Shown: positions 1 through 9,348, counted from the first letter of the stretch. The stretch: 49,299 nt of DNA from Thermoplasmata archaeon (GCA_030037855.1 JASHPY010000122.1:1-49299); one strand, 5' to 3'. Notes: generated by a model from the sequence alone, not told the origin. Program-made: numbers and translations.

Positions 1-330
1 GATCCCGACCGACATGCCGAGGAAGTACCCCTCCGGGGTCAGCGGGCCGGCGAGGTAGAGGTCGTTCGCCTTGTGGTCGATCCGAAGGTACGCGGCCTCG
101 TTGAGGACGCGCTGGCCCATCGTGAACGTCGAGAACAGGATCGCGCCGACCAGCGCGACGCCGATCAGCGCGGGGTTCAGGATCCAGACAAAGATCAGGA
201 TCACGCCCGGAACGACCATCGAGGTCAGCATCGCCATCCGCTCGTTCGACTGGACGAGCACCTCGGTCCAGAGGAACGCGGCCGTGCCCGCGAACGGCCC
301 CGATCGAGTGAGCCCCTCGCTAGTCCTCAT
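1..330 (-). CDS. ABC-2 type transporter permease (5' part; runs off the left edge)
   Basis: Not in the ORF track. Hand translation from ATG at 330: MRTSEGLTRSGPFAGTAAFLWTEVLVQSNERMAMLTSMVVPGVILIFVWILNPALIGVALVGAILFSTFTMGQRVLNEAAYLRIDHKANDLYLAGPLTPEGYFLGMSVGI. Hydrophobic helices; overlaps the stop of the upstream ABC ATPase. Confidence 0.8.
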   Translation of the reverse strand, partial: MRTSEGLTRSGPFAGTAAFLWTEVLVQSNERMAMLTSMVVPGVILIFVWILNPALIGVALVGAILFSTFTMGQRVLNEAAYLRIDHKANDLYLAGPLTPEGYFLGMSVGI

Positions 331-1246
331 TGATCGACCGCCCGACGGCCCGTAGGAACGCCTCCTCGAGGGTCACCGGCCCGACCGTCGCCGTCATCCC
401 CGAACGGGTCACGAGGTCCATCACCTCGCTCAAGGTGCTCGGCGAGACGACCACGGTCAGCGAGAGGCCGTCGGTCACGCACGTGCCGAACGAGCGGAAC
501 CGCTCGACCTGCGACGCGCCGTCCGCGATGAGTACCTTGAGGGTCCCGCCGACCGAGCGCTTCAGTTCGTCGGCGGTGCCGCTCGAGAGCACGTTGCCGT
601 GCTCGACGATGTAGAGGCGGTCGCTCAGCACCTCGGCCTCGTCGAGATAGTGGGTGGTGAGCAGGATCGTCGAGCCTCGCTGGGTCAGGGCGCGAAGGGA
701 CGCCCAGACCTCGCGCCGGGCGAAAGGGTCCATGCCGATCGTCGGCTCGTCGAGGAAGAGCAACGGCGCCTCCGTCGCGATCACGGTCGCGACCATCGTC
801 CGCTGGCGCTGACCCCCCGAGAGGGTAATCGACAGCCGGTCCGCGAACCCCGTGAGGCCCATCCGTTCGAGCGCCCCCTCGGTACGGGCCTTCGCGACCT
901 CCCGTCCGAATCCCCGCGCGCGCAGGTAGGTGTAGATCTGCTCGCGTGGCGTGAGGTGGAAGAACGGCTTTCCTTCCTGGGGGACGACCGCGATGTACGG
1001 ACGCGCTCGATCGGGAGTGTCCGCGATGTCGATGCCGAACACTTCGACCCGACCCGACGTCGGTCGCAGGAGCGTGGAGGCGATCTTGAGGAACGTCGTC
1101 TTCCCGGCGCCGTTCCGGCCGAGCAGCGCGACGCGCTCGCCGCGATGGACCTGCATCGATACGCCGCTCAGCGCCTCGACCGGGGGGGTGCCCCGGGAGA
1201 GGTACGTCTTGCGGAGATCGACGCTGCGCAACGCCTCGCCGTTCAT
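320..1246 (-). CDS. ABC-2/DrrA-type exporter ATP-binding protein
   Basis: Walker A GRNGAGKT, signature LSGGQ, Walker B LLFLDEPT, H-loop TTHYLDEAE, C-terminal TLEEAFL. Confidence 0.95.
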   Translation of the reverse strand: MNGEALRSVDLRKTYLSRGTPPVEALSGVSMQVHRGERVALLGRNGAGKTTFLKIASTLLRPTSGRVEVFGIDIADTPDRARPYIAVVPQEGKPFFHLTPREQIYTYLRARGFGREVAKARTEGALERMGLTGFADRLSITLSGGQRQRTMVATVIATEAPLLFLDEPTIGMDPFARREVWASLRALTQRGSTILLTTHYLDEAEVLSDRLYIVEHGNVLSSGTADELKRSVGGTLKVLIADGASQVERFRSFGTCVTDGLSLTVVVSPSTLSEVMDLVTRSGMTATVGPVTLEEAFLRAVGRSINED

Positions 1247-1370
1247 GAGAGGCCGCGCACTCGTGGACGATACTTAACCCTCGACCTCGGGTGGAAGGCA
1301 GGAAGCGCGGCCGGCTTGCCCGGGAAGGCCCGGCGCGATGGGCGGTCGATCGACGTCGGATCCCGTCCGT

Positions 1371-1766
1371 CTAGTGGCTCCCGCAGCCGCAACCGCCGCC
1401 GTTCGCGGAGTTGCTCCCGCAGGAACCGCACCCACCGGACCGACCGGCGTCGTCGGGCTCGGGGAGCGTGGGGTTCGTGATCTTGAATCCGGACTGGTTC
1501 AGGTCCTCGACGTAATCGATGACCGCGCCGTCCACGAACTTAGTGCTCGACGGGTCGACCAGGAGCGAGAAGCCGTCGATCTTGAGCACCTCGTCGTCCG
1601 ACCGCGGCTTCGCGAACGCGAGACCGAACTGGACCGTGCTACCCCCGCCGCAGCAGCCTCCGCCGCCCGGCTGGGCGTAGACGCGCACTCCGACCTCGGG
1701 CTTCTGCCCGCGAATCAACGTCTTGACCTGCTCGGCCGCAGCGGGGCGAACCTCGAGATGGATCAT
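1371..1766 (-). CDS. A-type Fe-S cluster carrier (HesB/IscA/SufA family)
   Basis: GVRVY..GGGCCG, LLVDPSSTKFVDGAVIDYVEDLNQSGFKITNP, C-terminal CGCGS. Confidence 0.9.
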   Translation of the reverse strand: MIHLEVRPAAAEQVKTLIRGQKPEVGVRVYAQPGGGGCCGGGSTVQFGLAFAKPRSDDEVLKIDGFSLLVDPSSTKFVDGAVIDYVEDLNQSGFKITNPTLPEPDDAGRSGGCGSCGSNSANGGGCGCGSH

Positions 1767-1999
1767 CGGCGATACCTCGACCCGACGACCGTGCGCCGGG
1801 CTTTAAGCTCTGTGACGCGCCCGCAGCGACAAGGTCTGCCGAACATGGCCGCCGCTCGGGGGTCCATGGGAGTAGCGGCGCGAGTGACAAATGCCACGGT
1901 TGCCGCGCCTCCGCCTCCGGGATCACCGGGCGGCGGGTTCCGCGGCGACCGGCCCGAGCTGGGTCGGGTGGCCTCGCGGCGACGCGTCCGTCGGCTCCC

Positions 2000-3811
2000 T
2001 CACTCCTTCGGGCGCTCGGGCTCCTGCGTGCGGGGCGCACCGCCGTCGGTGGAGAAGGGGACGACCTCGGGCAGCTCCCGAGTGCCGGTGAACGTCTCCG
2101 GGAGCTCGGTCGTCTGGAATCCTTGAGCGCGTCGGAGATCGACCGGAGCCAGGTCCGGGCTCGACGCCCTCCAGCAGAGACGGCTCAGCGGCCCATAGAC
2201 CCACTCGGGCAGCGCCAGCGAGGACCCGATCAATCGGACGTCCGAGCGGGTCAGCTCTCCGACGAGGGCCAGTACGACGAAGTAGATCGTGAACCCGACC
2301 AGGACGGCAGCGAGCAGTTCGTAGCTCGTGCTGACCGGGAAGAAGTGCGTGTGGTTGAGGAGCCAGAGCCCGGCGAACGAGAACGCGGCACTGCCCGTGA
2401 TCGCGAGGATCGGGCCGGGGCGGATGTGGACCTGGATCAACCGCTCCATGAAGTAGGCATTGAGGGCGAGCGCGGCGATCGAGGAGAGGAGGACGGCAAC
2501 CGCCGCGGCGACCAGCCCCGGGTCCAGACGGGCCGGCACCACCTGCCAGAAGACCGGGAGGATGCCGTGCTGAGGGAACAGAATCGCCTGCGCGGCGAAC
2601 AGCACCGCGATCTGCGTCACGGAGATGTAGAGCTCGAGCCGCTGCCGGCCGATCGCGTTGATGCTCGATTGCACGATCTGGCTCAGCGCCAGGGGGAGCG
2701 CGCTCACGACCAGGATCGCGAGGGTCAAGGAGCCCTGCGCCGCGTAGATGCTGTTCGTGAACACGTTCAGGAAATTGGTCCGGTAGATCACGAGCGCCAC
2801 GACTCCCGGGACGAGGAGCATCGCGGAATAGCGCAGCGCCTGCCAGGTCCCGCGTCGCACCGCCTCGTACTCGTTCGAACGGTGGAGACCCGCCAGGTAC
2901 GGGAACAGGGGGGTGGTGACCGCCGCGGGTAACGACAGCACCAGGATCCTCCAGCCGTTCGCGACCAGGTAGACGGAGAGCTGCACCTTTCCGAGAGTGT
3001 CCACGAGGAACGGGTTCAGGTTCGTGACCACGTAGTTGACGAACAGCGCGCCGAGCAGCGGCCAGGAGTAGCTGAACAGGGCGGTCGTCTCCTTCCAGCT
3101 GAACCGGCCCAGCTGGGGCACGATCTCGGGAAGACTGAACAGGGTCGACGCGATCGCCCCGAGCACGTAGGCGATCGCGAGCCCTTCGACCGTGTGCACG
3201 TAGAAGGCGGCGTACACGAGGGCGCCGAGCCGGACCAGGCCCTCGACCAACGTCGGGTACTGGGCTTTGAGCGAGTTGCCAAGCCCGATGAACATGCTGT
3301 TGTACAGCCCGGAGAACGACCAGAAGATCGGGAGCGTCAGGAACAGCCCGAGGTCGATCCACTCGGTCGTTCCGTGGACGAGCGCCGAGCCGTCGATCGC
3401 GAGGGGTGCGACGAGGAACATCGCGATCACGACCGCGGCGTCCATCACGATCCCGATCAGCAGGTAGCTCGTGGTGTTCTCCCGCGGGGCTTTGCCCCGG
3501 GCGAGGTAGAAGGTGTACGCCGACCCCAGACGGAGGTCCGCGAGGCCGTTGATCGACGAGGCGATCAGGAGGAACAGCTGGGCGGTCCCAATCAGTGCGA
3601 TGCCACCGGGCAATAGCCCGATGTTCCGCGCGAGAAAGTAGGTGGCGATCACGCCGAGCAGCTGGGTGATCACGCTGACCGCGAACACCGCCCCGGAGCT
3701 GAGCGTGAGCGAGTGCGCGAGCTGAGGAACGGCCGGTTTCGCGGGCGGCGACGACGGGGGGGACGGCGTGGCAGCCACGGAAACCGGGGGGACCATGATG
3801 GGCCCCTCCAC
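2000..3811 (-). CDS. MOP-superfamily oligosaccharide flippase / polysaccharide biosynthesis protein
   Basis: Many TM helices with Wzx-like segments (ADLRLGSAYTFYLA; LFSYSWPL; TPLFPYLAGLH; SSINAIGRQR). Start uncertain (3811 or 3796). Confidence 0.8.
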   Translation of the reverse strand: MEGPIMVPPVSVAATPSPPSSPPAKPAVPQLAHSLTLSSGAVFAVSVITQLLGVIATYFLARNIGLLPGGIALIGTAQLFLLIASSINGLADLRLGSAYTFYLARGKAPRENTTSYLLIGIVMDAAVVIAMFLVAPLAIDGSALVHGTTEWIDLGLFLTLPIFWSFSGLYNSMFIGLGNSLKAQYPTLVEGLVRLGALVYAAFYVHTVEGLAIAYVLGAIASTLFSLPEIVPQLGRFSWKETTALFSYSWPLLGALFVNYVVTNLNPFLVDTLGKVQLSVYLVANGWRILVLSLPAAVTTPLFPYLAGLHRSNEYEAVRRGTWQALRYSAMLLVPGVVALVIYRTNFLNVFTNSIYAAQGSLTLAILVVSALPLALSQIVQSSINAIGRQRLELYISVTQIAVLFAAQAILFPQHGILPVFWQVVPARLDPGLVAAAVAVLLSSIAALALNAYFMERLIQVHIRPGPILAITGSAAFSFAGLWLLNHTHFFPVSTSYELLAAVLVGFTIYFVVLALVGELTRSDVRLIGSSLALPEWVYGPLSRLCWRASSPDLAPVDLRRAQGFQTTELPETFTGTRELPEVVPFSTDGGAPRTQEPERPKE

Positions 3812-3843
3812 TTATGGCCGTCGATGGAGGGAATTTCGAGGGC

Positions 3844-4245
3844 TCAGCCTCCCCCGCGCGAAGCGGGGGGAACGTCGTCGGTCGTTCGCTCGTACAGCTC
3901 GATCCAGACCCCGTCGGGGTCGGAGAGGAAGGCGAGGCGCTCGGTGCCTTCCGAGAACGGCGGGATCCGGACCCGCGCCCCCAGCTCGGTCAGGCGGCGG
4001 ACGCTCGCCGCGAGATCGTCGACGCGGAAGCCGAGATGGTCCAGCTCGTCTCCTTCGCGGTAGGGCGGGTCCCCGGGGTAGTAGTTCAGCTCGAGCACGG
4101 CTCTCGACTCTGGATCCTCGAGCTCCTGCCAGAGTCCACCGGCGGCCATGCGCCCGCGCGCCTTCGGGCGAAGTCCGAGCCCCTCGGTGTAGAACCGGAT
4201 CGCGCGTTCCAGGTCGCGGACCCGGATCCCCGTGTACTCGAGCAC
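3844..4245 (-). CDS. VOC/glyoxalase family protein
   Basis: YTGIRVRDLERAIRFYTEGLGL, LELNYY, LDHLGFRVDD, FLSDPDGVWIEL. Start moved to GTG 4245, which has an SD-like AAGGTG upstream. Confidence 0.9.
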   Translation of the reverse strand: MLEYTGIRVRDLERAIRFYTEGLGLRPKARGRMAAGGLWQELEDPESRAVLELNYYPGDPPYREGDELDHLGFRVDDLAASVRRLTELGARVRIPPFSEGTERLAFLSDPDGVWIELYERTTDDVPPASRGGG

Positions 4246-4380
4246 GCTCGCACCTTTCCGTCCGTGTATTTGAGCCGGCACCTGCCTCGGCGGTTGCGTC
4301 CGCGAGCGCGGGCCCCGATGGGACTTTGTGAACACTGAGGTTCATAACGCCGCCTCGGCTCGCTGCCGCGGTCCGAAGAG

Positions 4381-5616
4381 GTGAGCCGGACGACCAGATC
4401 GGGGGAGAGCCGGTTTCGTTCGGTCCTCGCCAATCGCCAGTACCTCGTCTTCCTCGCGTCGGCCAACGCCGCATCCGTCGGGTACGGAGTCTACGCGATC
4501 TCGATCGTCTGGCTGACGTATTCCCTGACCCACGACTTCCTCGACGTCGGCGTCGTCCTCGCGATCGAGTACGCCTGTTACACGCTCACGTTCCTCACCG
4601 GTCCGATCGTGGACCGAGTGCGCAATCAGCGTTCGATCTTCGTCTTGTCTTACCCCGTCCAGGCCGCGGCGGCGGCCGCGATCGGGCTCGGGGTGTTCTA
4701 CCGGTTCCTCTCGATCGGGGAACTGTTCGCGCTCGTCGCCGTGATCTCGATCCTCTGGGACATGACGTGGGCCGCCGCGAACGCGGCCCCGGGCGTGCTG
4801 CTCACGCCGGACGAACAGTTCGCTGCCGCCGGCATCTCGAGCGCGATCGGGGGCAGCGTGAACATCGCCGGCTACGCGGTCGGCGGGGTGCTGATCCTCC
4901 TGGTCGGCGCCGAGGGAGGGATGCTCCTGTACGCGGCGCTGCTCGTCGCCGGCGCGCTCCTCGCGCTCCCGCTGGTCATCTCGCCGCCGCGGGTCGCCCC
5001 GCAGACGTTTACCGAGAGCTTCCGGGAGGGATGGGAGCTCGTTGTCGGCGGGGAGGGTCGGCCGTACCTCCAGCTCGCCACGGTCGACTCGATCCAGGGG
5101 TTCCTCGCGGGGGCGGCCGCGCTGTTGATCACGTTACTGGCGGCGACCACGTATCACGCGTCGGCGACGAGCTACAGCGTCCTGTTCGTCGCCTACATCA
5201 TCGGCGGAGTGGTGATCGGCCTCGCGCTCGGTCGGTGGAACCCGAGAGGCTCGGTCGGGGTCGTCATGGGGACCGCGCTCCTCGCCGGCGGCGCGCTGCT
5301 CCTGACCTCGGTCGCGCTCCCCGCGTCGCTCGTACTCGGCGCGGCGGCGTGGCTATTGGTGGGCGTCTCCTGGTCGGCGTACATGGACGCCAAGTACGCG
5401 TTCTACCGCGGTTCGATCCCCGCGCAGCAGCTCGGGCGTTTCGTCTCGAACATGTACCTCTTTCCGGGGGCGGCGGCCGCGGTCGGTGCGGTCGTGCTGA
5501 GCTGGGTCGCAGGTCTCGACGATCCGTGGTTGCTGGGAGGCCTCGCCGGGTCGCTCTTGCTCGCGGCCGGCGTCCTCGGGGTAGCGCTGCCGCGGGTGCG
5601 TGCGTTCCGGTATTGA
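4381..5616 (+). CDS. MFS transporter
   Basis: 411 aa, about 12 hydrophobic helices, MFS motif-A-like GPIVDRVRNQR, and IPAQQLGRFVS. Confidence 0.88.
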   Translation: MSRTTRSGESRFRSVLANRQYLVFLASANAASVGYGVYAISIVWLTYSLTHDFLDVGVVLAIEYACYTLTFLTGPIVDRVRNQRSIFVLSYPVQAAAAAAIGLGVFYRFLSIGELFALVAVISILWDMTWAAANAAPGVLLTPDEQFAAAGISSAIGGSVNIAGYAVGGVLILLVGAEGGMLLYAALLVAGALLALPLVISPPRVAPQTFTESFREGWELVVGGEGRPYLQLATVDSIQGFLAGAAALLITLLAATTYHASATSYSVLFVAYIIGGVVIGLALGRWNPRGSVGVVMGTALLAGGALLLTSVALPASLVLGAAAWLLVGVSWSAYMDAKYAFYRGSIPAQQLGRFVSNMYLFPGAAAAVGAVVLSWVAGLDDPWLLGGLAGSLLLAAGVLGVALPRVRAFRY

Positions 5617-5645
5617 CCGCGCGACCGGGGCGGAGGCGGAGGGGA

Positions 5646-5808
5646 TGGGAGCAGGGGGATTTGAACCCCCATATGCGGGTCTCTCCGCGCGCTCCAGTCA
5701 CTCGTCACGGGGACGCATTCCGCGTCCCTCCGCAGACCCTAATCCCAGGACCCGGTCGCCCGCGTCCTGACTGGAGCCCGCTGGTCTGCCAAGTTAGCCT
5801 ATGCTCCC
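5646..5808 (-). tRNA. tRNA-Trp(CCA) with a 90-nt intron at 37/38 (intron 5681-5770)
   Basis: Reverse complement: acceptor GGGAGCA/TGCTCCC-A, anticodon stem GCGGG/CCCGC with CT-CCA-G|intron|A, T-arm GGGGG-TTCAAAT-CCCCC. 73 nt after intron removal; CCA end not encoded. C32-C35 pairs with the intron-terminal GGAG (BHB/BHL-like). Confidence 0.95.
5681..5770 (-). ncRNA. Putative intron-encoded box C/D guide RNA
   Basis: D'-like CGGA (5729-5732), hairpin GGGACGC/GCGTCCC, C'-like GTGACGA (5702-5708). Guide TGACTGGAGC (5691-5700) is complementary to the anticodon/5' splice junction; GGGTCT (5734-5739) is complementary to the 3' junction. Confidence 0.65.
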
Positions 5809-6068
5809 TCCGCCCCGCCCGGGAGGGCCGGAACGCATAGCGTTTTTCGTCCCCCACGGAGCGGCTCGGGGCGCCCAAATCCTGAAGGGGCGGGCCCCTC
5901 TACGAGACGGCCCGTGACCTCCACTCCTCAGCAATCGCCCCGGCGCCGGTTCTCGCTCCGCTCGCGACGACGTACCGACGCGCGCGGAGAGCCGGTGCGG
6001 TTCCCCGACCCAGCCGTCGGCCGAGTCGAGGGTGACGGCCCGCCGGTGCGCGGGCGGACGCGTCGGAC

Positions 6069-7079
6069 GTGAACGCAGTCGCGGTCGACGTCCGGCTGCT
6101 CATCTTCGGACTCGTCGCCGGCGCGTTGCTGGCGGCCTTCGGGCTCGACCGGCTGCTCGGCGACCCCACGGAACGGTCGTGGGCCGAGCAATGGTACCCC
6201 CCGGTCCTCGTCGGCCGGGCGGCCATCGGGCTCGAACGGGGTGTCCCTCGAGGGAATCCGGCGCGAGAGACGGGATGGGGTACGCTCGACTGGTTCGTCC
6301 TCGTCGCCGGAGTCACGGCGCTCGCGTTCGGACTGACGGTCGTCGAACGATGGACGCTACCGGCGACCGTGGCCGCGTCGCCACTCCCGTGGGCCCTTGT
6401 CGGACTTGCGGCGTTCGGCTTCGGAGTGGTATGGCTCAAGTCAACATTCGCGGTCCGCACGCTCGAGCGCTTCTGCCTCCGTCCGCTCGGGCGGCCGCTC
6501 GACGCCATGCGCATCGAGGTGGGCCAGGTCGTGAACCGCTTGACCTCGGATCTGCCCCGAGAACTCCTGTGCTCGGCCCTCGTGGAGAGTGCGGTCGAGA
6601 ACACCACGGACAGCGTGGTCGCGCCACTCCTCGCGTACTCGCTCCTCGGTCTGCCGGGAGCGGTCGCGTATCGCACGATCAACACCCTGGACGCCCTCTG
6701 GGGCCATCCCGAGCCCCGGTGGCGGTTCTTCGGTCGTACGGCTGCCCTGGTCGACTCCGCCGTGAACTATCTCCCGGACCACCTCGCGAGCGGAATGCTC
6801 CGCGCGGTGGCGGGTCGGCCGTTCGCTCCGCCGCGCATCGAGCGAGTGGCCCCCGACGCGAAAGTTCCGGCCACGATCCGGACCGCGGCCGGCTTGCTCG
6901 GGGTCCGACTGGAGCGCCGCGGTTCCTACGTGGTGGGGCCAGAGAACCGTCCCCCGACGGAGGAGGACGTTCGCCGAGTCGTGCGTTGGGTGCGACAGGC
7001 AAGCGGGTTGATGCTGCTGCTCAGCTTGGGTCTGATCGCGGGGCTCGTCGATGTGGGTTGGACGTACTTCCTCCGGTGA
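6069..7079 (+). CDS. cbiB: Adenosylcobinamide-phosphate synthase CbiB
   Basis: LDRLLGDP, ALVESAVENTTDSVVAPL, YRTINTLDALWGH, FGRTAALVDSAVNYLP; membrane segments. Confidence 0.9.
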   Translation: MNAVAVDVRLLIFGLVAGALLAAFGLDRLLGDPTERSWAEQWYPPVLVGRAAIGLERGVPRGNPARETGWGTLDWFVLVAGVTALAFGLTVVERWTLPATVAASPLPWALVGLAAFGFGVVWLKSTFAVRTLERFCLRPLGRPLDAMRIEVGQVVNRLTSDLPRELLCSALVESAVENTTDSVVAPLLAYSLLGLPGAVAYRTINTLDALWGHPEPRWRFFGRTAALVDSAVNYLPDHLASGMLRAVAGRPFAPPRIERVAPDAKVPATIRTAAGLLGVRLERRGSYVVGPENRPPTEEDVRRVVRWVRQASGLMLLLSLGLIAGLVDVGWTYFLR

Positions 7080-7116
7080 CCCTCGGAGCGAGCGTCGCTC
7101 ACGCCCTCCCTCGCCA

Positions 7117-8172
7117 GTGCTCCCGACCCGCCGGATTCCCGAGGTGCCGCACGGCGGACTTCCACCGGGCGCGGGCGCGGCGGGCGCCCATGCCATCGTG
7201 GACCTCTCGCTCTCGGTGAACCCGTACGGACCGCCCCCGTTCTTGGCGGCGGCCCTACGTCGCGCTCGACGAGAAGCGGGGTGCTACCCGGACCGGCACC
7301 AGGTGGAGCTGACGCGTCGGCTCGCGGAGCGGCTGCGAGTACGCCCGGCGGAGGTGCTGGTGGCCGGGAGCGCCTCGGAGCTCCTGCGGGCCGCGATCAT
7401 CGCGTTCGGCGCCGGCCGCCGGGTGGTGCTACCCGCCTACACCTACGAGGAGTATCGACGCGTCGCCCGCGCGGCCGGCGCGCGCGTCACGAGCGTCCCG
7501 ATGCCGGGACTTCGACTCGACCTCGATCGCTTCGCGGGCGCGGTCCCGTCCCGCGGACTCGCGGTGCTCGCCAACCCCGGAACTCCGGACGGGCGATATC
7601 TTACCGTGGCGGAGATCGCGCACATTACGGCGGCCGTAGAGCGCCGGAACACGCTCCTCGTGGTCGATGAGAGCTACCTGCCGTTCGTGCGGGGCGCCAC
7701 CTCCGTGGGACGGGCCAGTGACGCGGTCCTTTCGGTCTTCTCCTGGTCGAAGACGCTGGGCGCGCCGGGCCTACCGCTCGGTCACGCGGTCGGCGCCGGC
7801 CCGGTCCTTGCGGCCCTGCGGGCGCAGCTGCTCCCGTGGACGGTCGACGCGGCCGCGCGTCAGATCGGACTCGCGGCACTGACCGCCGATGCCTGGGTCG
7901 AAGGGACGCTCGCGCGCGTGCGATCGACCGCGGACGTGGCACGGGCTCGGTTGCGCTCGACGTCCGAGACCCACTACTTCGCCGTCGATGTCGGGAACGC
8001 GACGGACGCGGCCGCGGCGTTCGCCCGACGGGGCTACTGGGTCCGCGAACTGACGTCGATGGGGCTCCCCCGACACATTCGTTTCGCGGTACGGCGGCGG
8101 GCAGAGACCGGTCGATTCCTCGACGAGCTCGAGGCGTGGTCGCGCCGACGGGGCACCGACCGCTCCGGCTAA
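7117..8172 (+). CDS. cobD: L-threonine-O-3-phosphate decarboxylase (PLP class I/II aminotransferase fold)
   Basis: PHGG, DLSLSVNPYGPP, YPD, VVDESY, SWSK (PLP lysine), IRFAVR; directly after cbiB. Start uncertain (GTG 7117 or 7144). Confidence 0.75.
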   Translation: MLPTRRIPEVPHGGLPPGAGAAGAHAIVDLSLSVNPYGPPPFLAAALRRARREAGCYPDRHQVELTRRLAERLRVRPAEVLVAGSASELLRAAIIAFGAGRRVVLPAYTYEEYRRVARAAGARVTSVPMPGLRLDLDRFAGAVPSRGLAVLANPGTPDGRYLTVAEIAHITAAVERRNTLLVVDESYLPFVRGATSVGRASDAVLSVFSWSKTLGAPGLPLGHAVGAGPVLAALRAQLLPWTVDAAARQIGLAALTADAWVEGTLARVRSTADVARARLRSTSETHYFAVDVGNATDAAAAFARRGYWVRELTSMGLPRHIRFAVRRRAETGRFLDELEAWSRRRGTDRSG

Positions 8173-8173
8173 C

Positions 8174-9238
8174 TCATCGGCCGCGGACGCGCCCCGCGAC
8201 CCGGGCCTCTTCGAACGTCGCCATCTCGTCGAGGAGCCGCGCCGCGGCCTCGCAGAGCAGCATCTGAAGGGCCGCCCCGGTGCCCTCGCCGAGCCGTAGT
8301 CCGAGGTCGAGGTAGGGTACGAGACCCAGTCGGTCGAGCGCGAGCCGGTGGCCGGGCTCGGCCGACCGATGGGAGGGTACGAGAAACGCCGGAAGTCCAG
8401 GCTGGATGCGACTCGCCCATACCGTCGCCACGGTCGCGATGAAACCGTCCACGATCACGGGCACCCGGTGCGCCGCGGCTCCGAGAGCCGCTCCGGCCAT
8501 GGCCGCGATCTCAAAGCCCCCCACCTCGCGCAGCACGGACCACGGGTCGTTCGCATCGATCGCGCGATCCCGCAGAGCCGCGTCGACCAGGCGTGCCTTT
8601 CGGGCCACTCCGGAGGCATCGAGCCCTGTCCCGGGGCCGACCACATCCACCCCCGGTCGGCCGGTTAGCGCCGCCAGCATCGCACTCGCCGACGTGGAGT
8701 TACCGATCCCCATGTCGCCGATCGCGAGAAGGTCCGTTCCGGCCTCGACCACGGAGTCGGCGACCGCGCTCCCGACCTCGACGGCCCGTTCTGCCTCATC
8801 GTGGGTCATCGCCGCCTCGCGGGCGAAGTTGCGTGTCCCCCGGGCGATCCGCGCGACTCGTAGGGACGCGTGCGTGGGCCGAGGCTCCGCGTCGATCCCT
8901 ACGTCGACGAACACCACGTCCGCGCCGACGAGCCGGGAGAGTACGTTGATGGCCGCGCCGCCCGCGAGAAAGTTCTCCAACATCGCGGCGGTCACGCTCG
9001 CCGGGTACGCCGAGACCCCTTCGCTGGCGATTCCGTGATCCGCTGCAAAGACCGCGATTGTCTTACGCCGGAACCGGGGACGGGGATCGCCCCGGATGGA
9101 CGCAAGGCGTTCGGCCAGCTCCTCGAGCCGGCCCAGGCTCCCTTCGGGCTTGGTGAGCGTGGCCCAGCGCCGATGGGCCTCCGCGGCGACCGACGGATCG
9201 AGGCGCGGGAGTTCATACGCCTCCGTCGGCGGGGCCAT
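8174..9238 (-). CDS. cobT: Nicotinate-nucleotide--dimethylbenzimidazole phosphoribosyltransferase (bacterial-type)
   Basis: LTKPEGSLGRLEE, FAADHG, GGAAIN, GDMGIGNST, GPGTG, GGFEIAAMAG, DGFI, LRLGEGTGA. Start set to ATG 9238. Confidence 0.95.
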   Translation of the reverse strand: MAPPTEAYELPRLDPSVAAEAHRRWATLTKPEGSLGRLEELAERLASIRGDPRPRFRRKTIAVFAADHGIASEGVSAYPASVTAAMLENFLAGGAAINVLSRLVGADVVFVDVGIDAEPRPTHASLRVARIARGTRNFAREAAMTHDEAERAVEVGSAVADSVVEAGTDLLAIGDMGIGNSTSASAMLAALTGRPGVDVVGPGTGLDASGVARKARLVDAALRDRAIDANDPWSVLREVGGFEIAAMAGAALGAAAHRVPVIVDGFIATVATVWASRIQPGLPAFLVPSHRSAEPGHRLALDRLGLVPYLDLGLRLGEGTGAALQMLLCEAAARLLDEMATFEEARVAGRVRGR

Positions 9239-9348
9239 GGAACGGACCCACGGGACGTGGGGCCCCTTCACCGTTTCGGCCGCGAGGGGCCGTACCGGAC
9301 GGCGTCGCTCGGCCCGCTCCTTATCTCGATGATGCGCTCCCCCAACGT

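Noticed and set aside
5880..6068. Possible cobalamin riboswitch upstream of cbiB (GGAGAGCCGGTGCGGTTCC resembles part of the core)
   Set aside because: No GCCACTG, GGGAAG or B12-box AGYCAGRAGACC elements were found; a cmscan hit would be needed.
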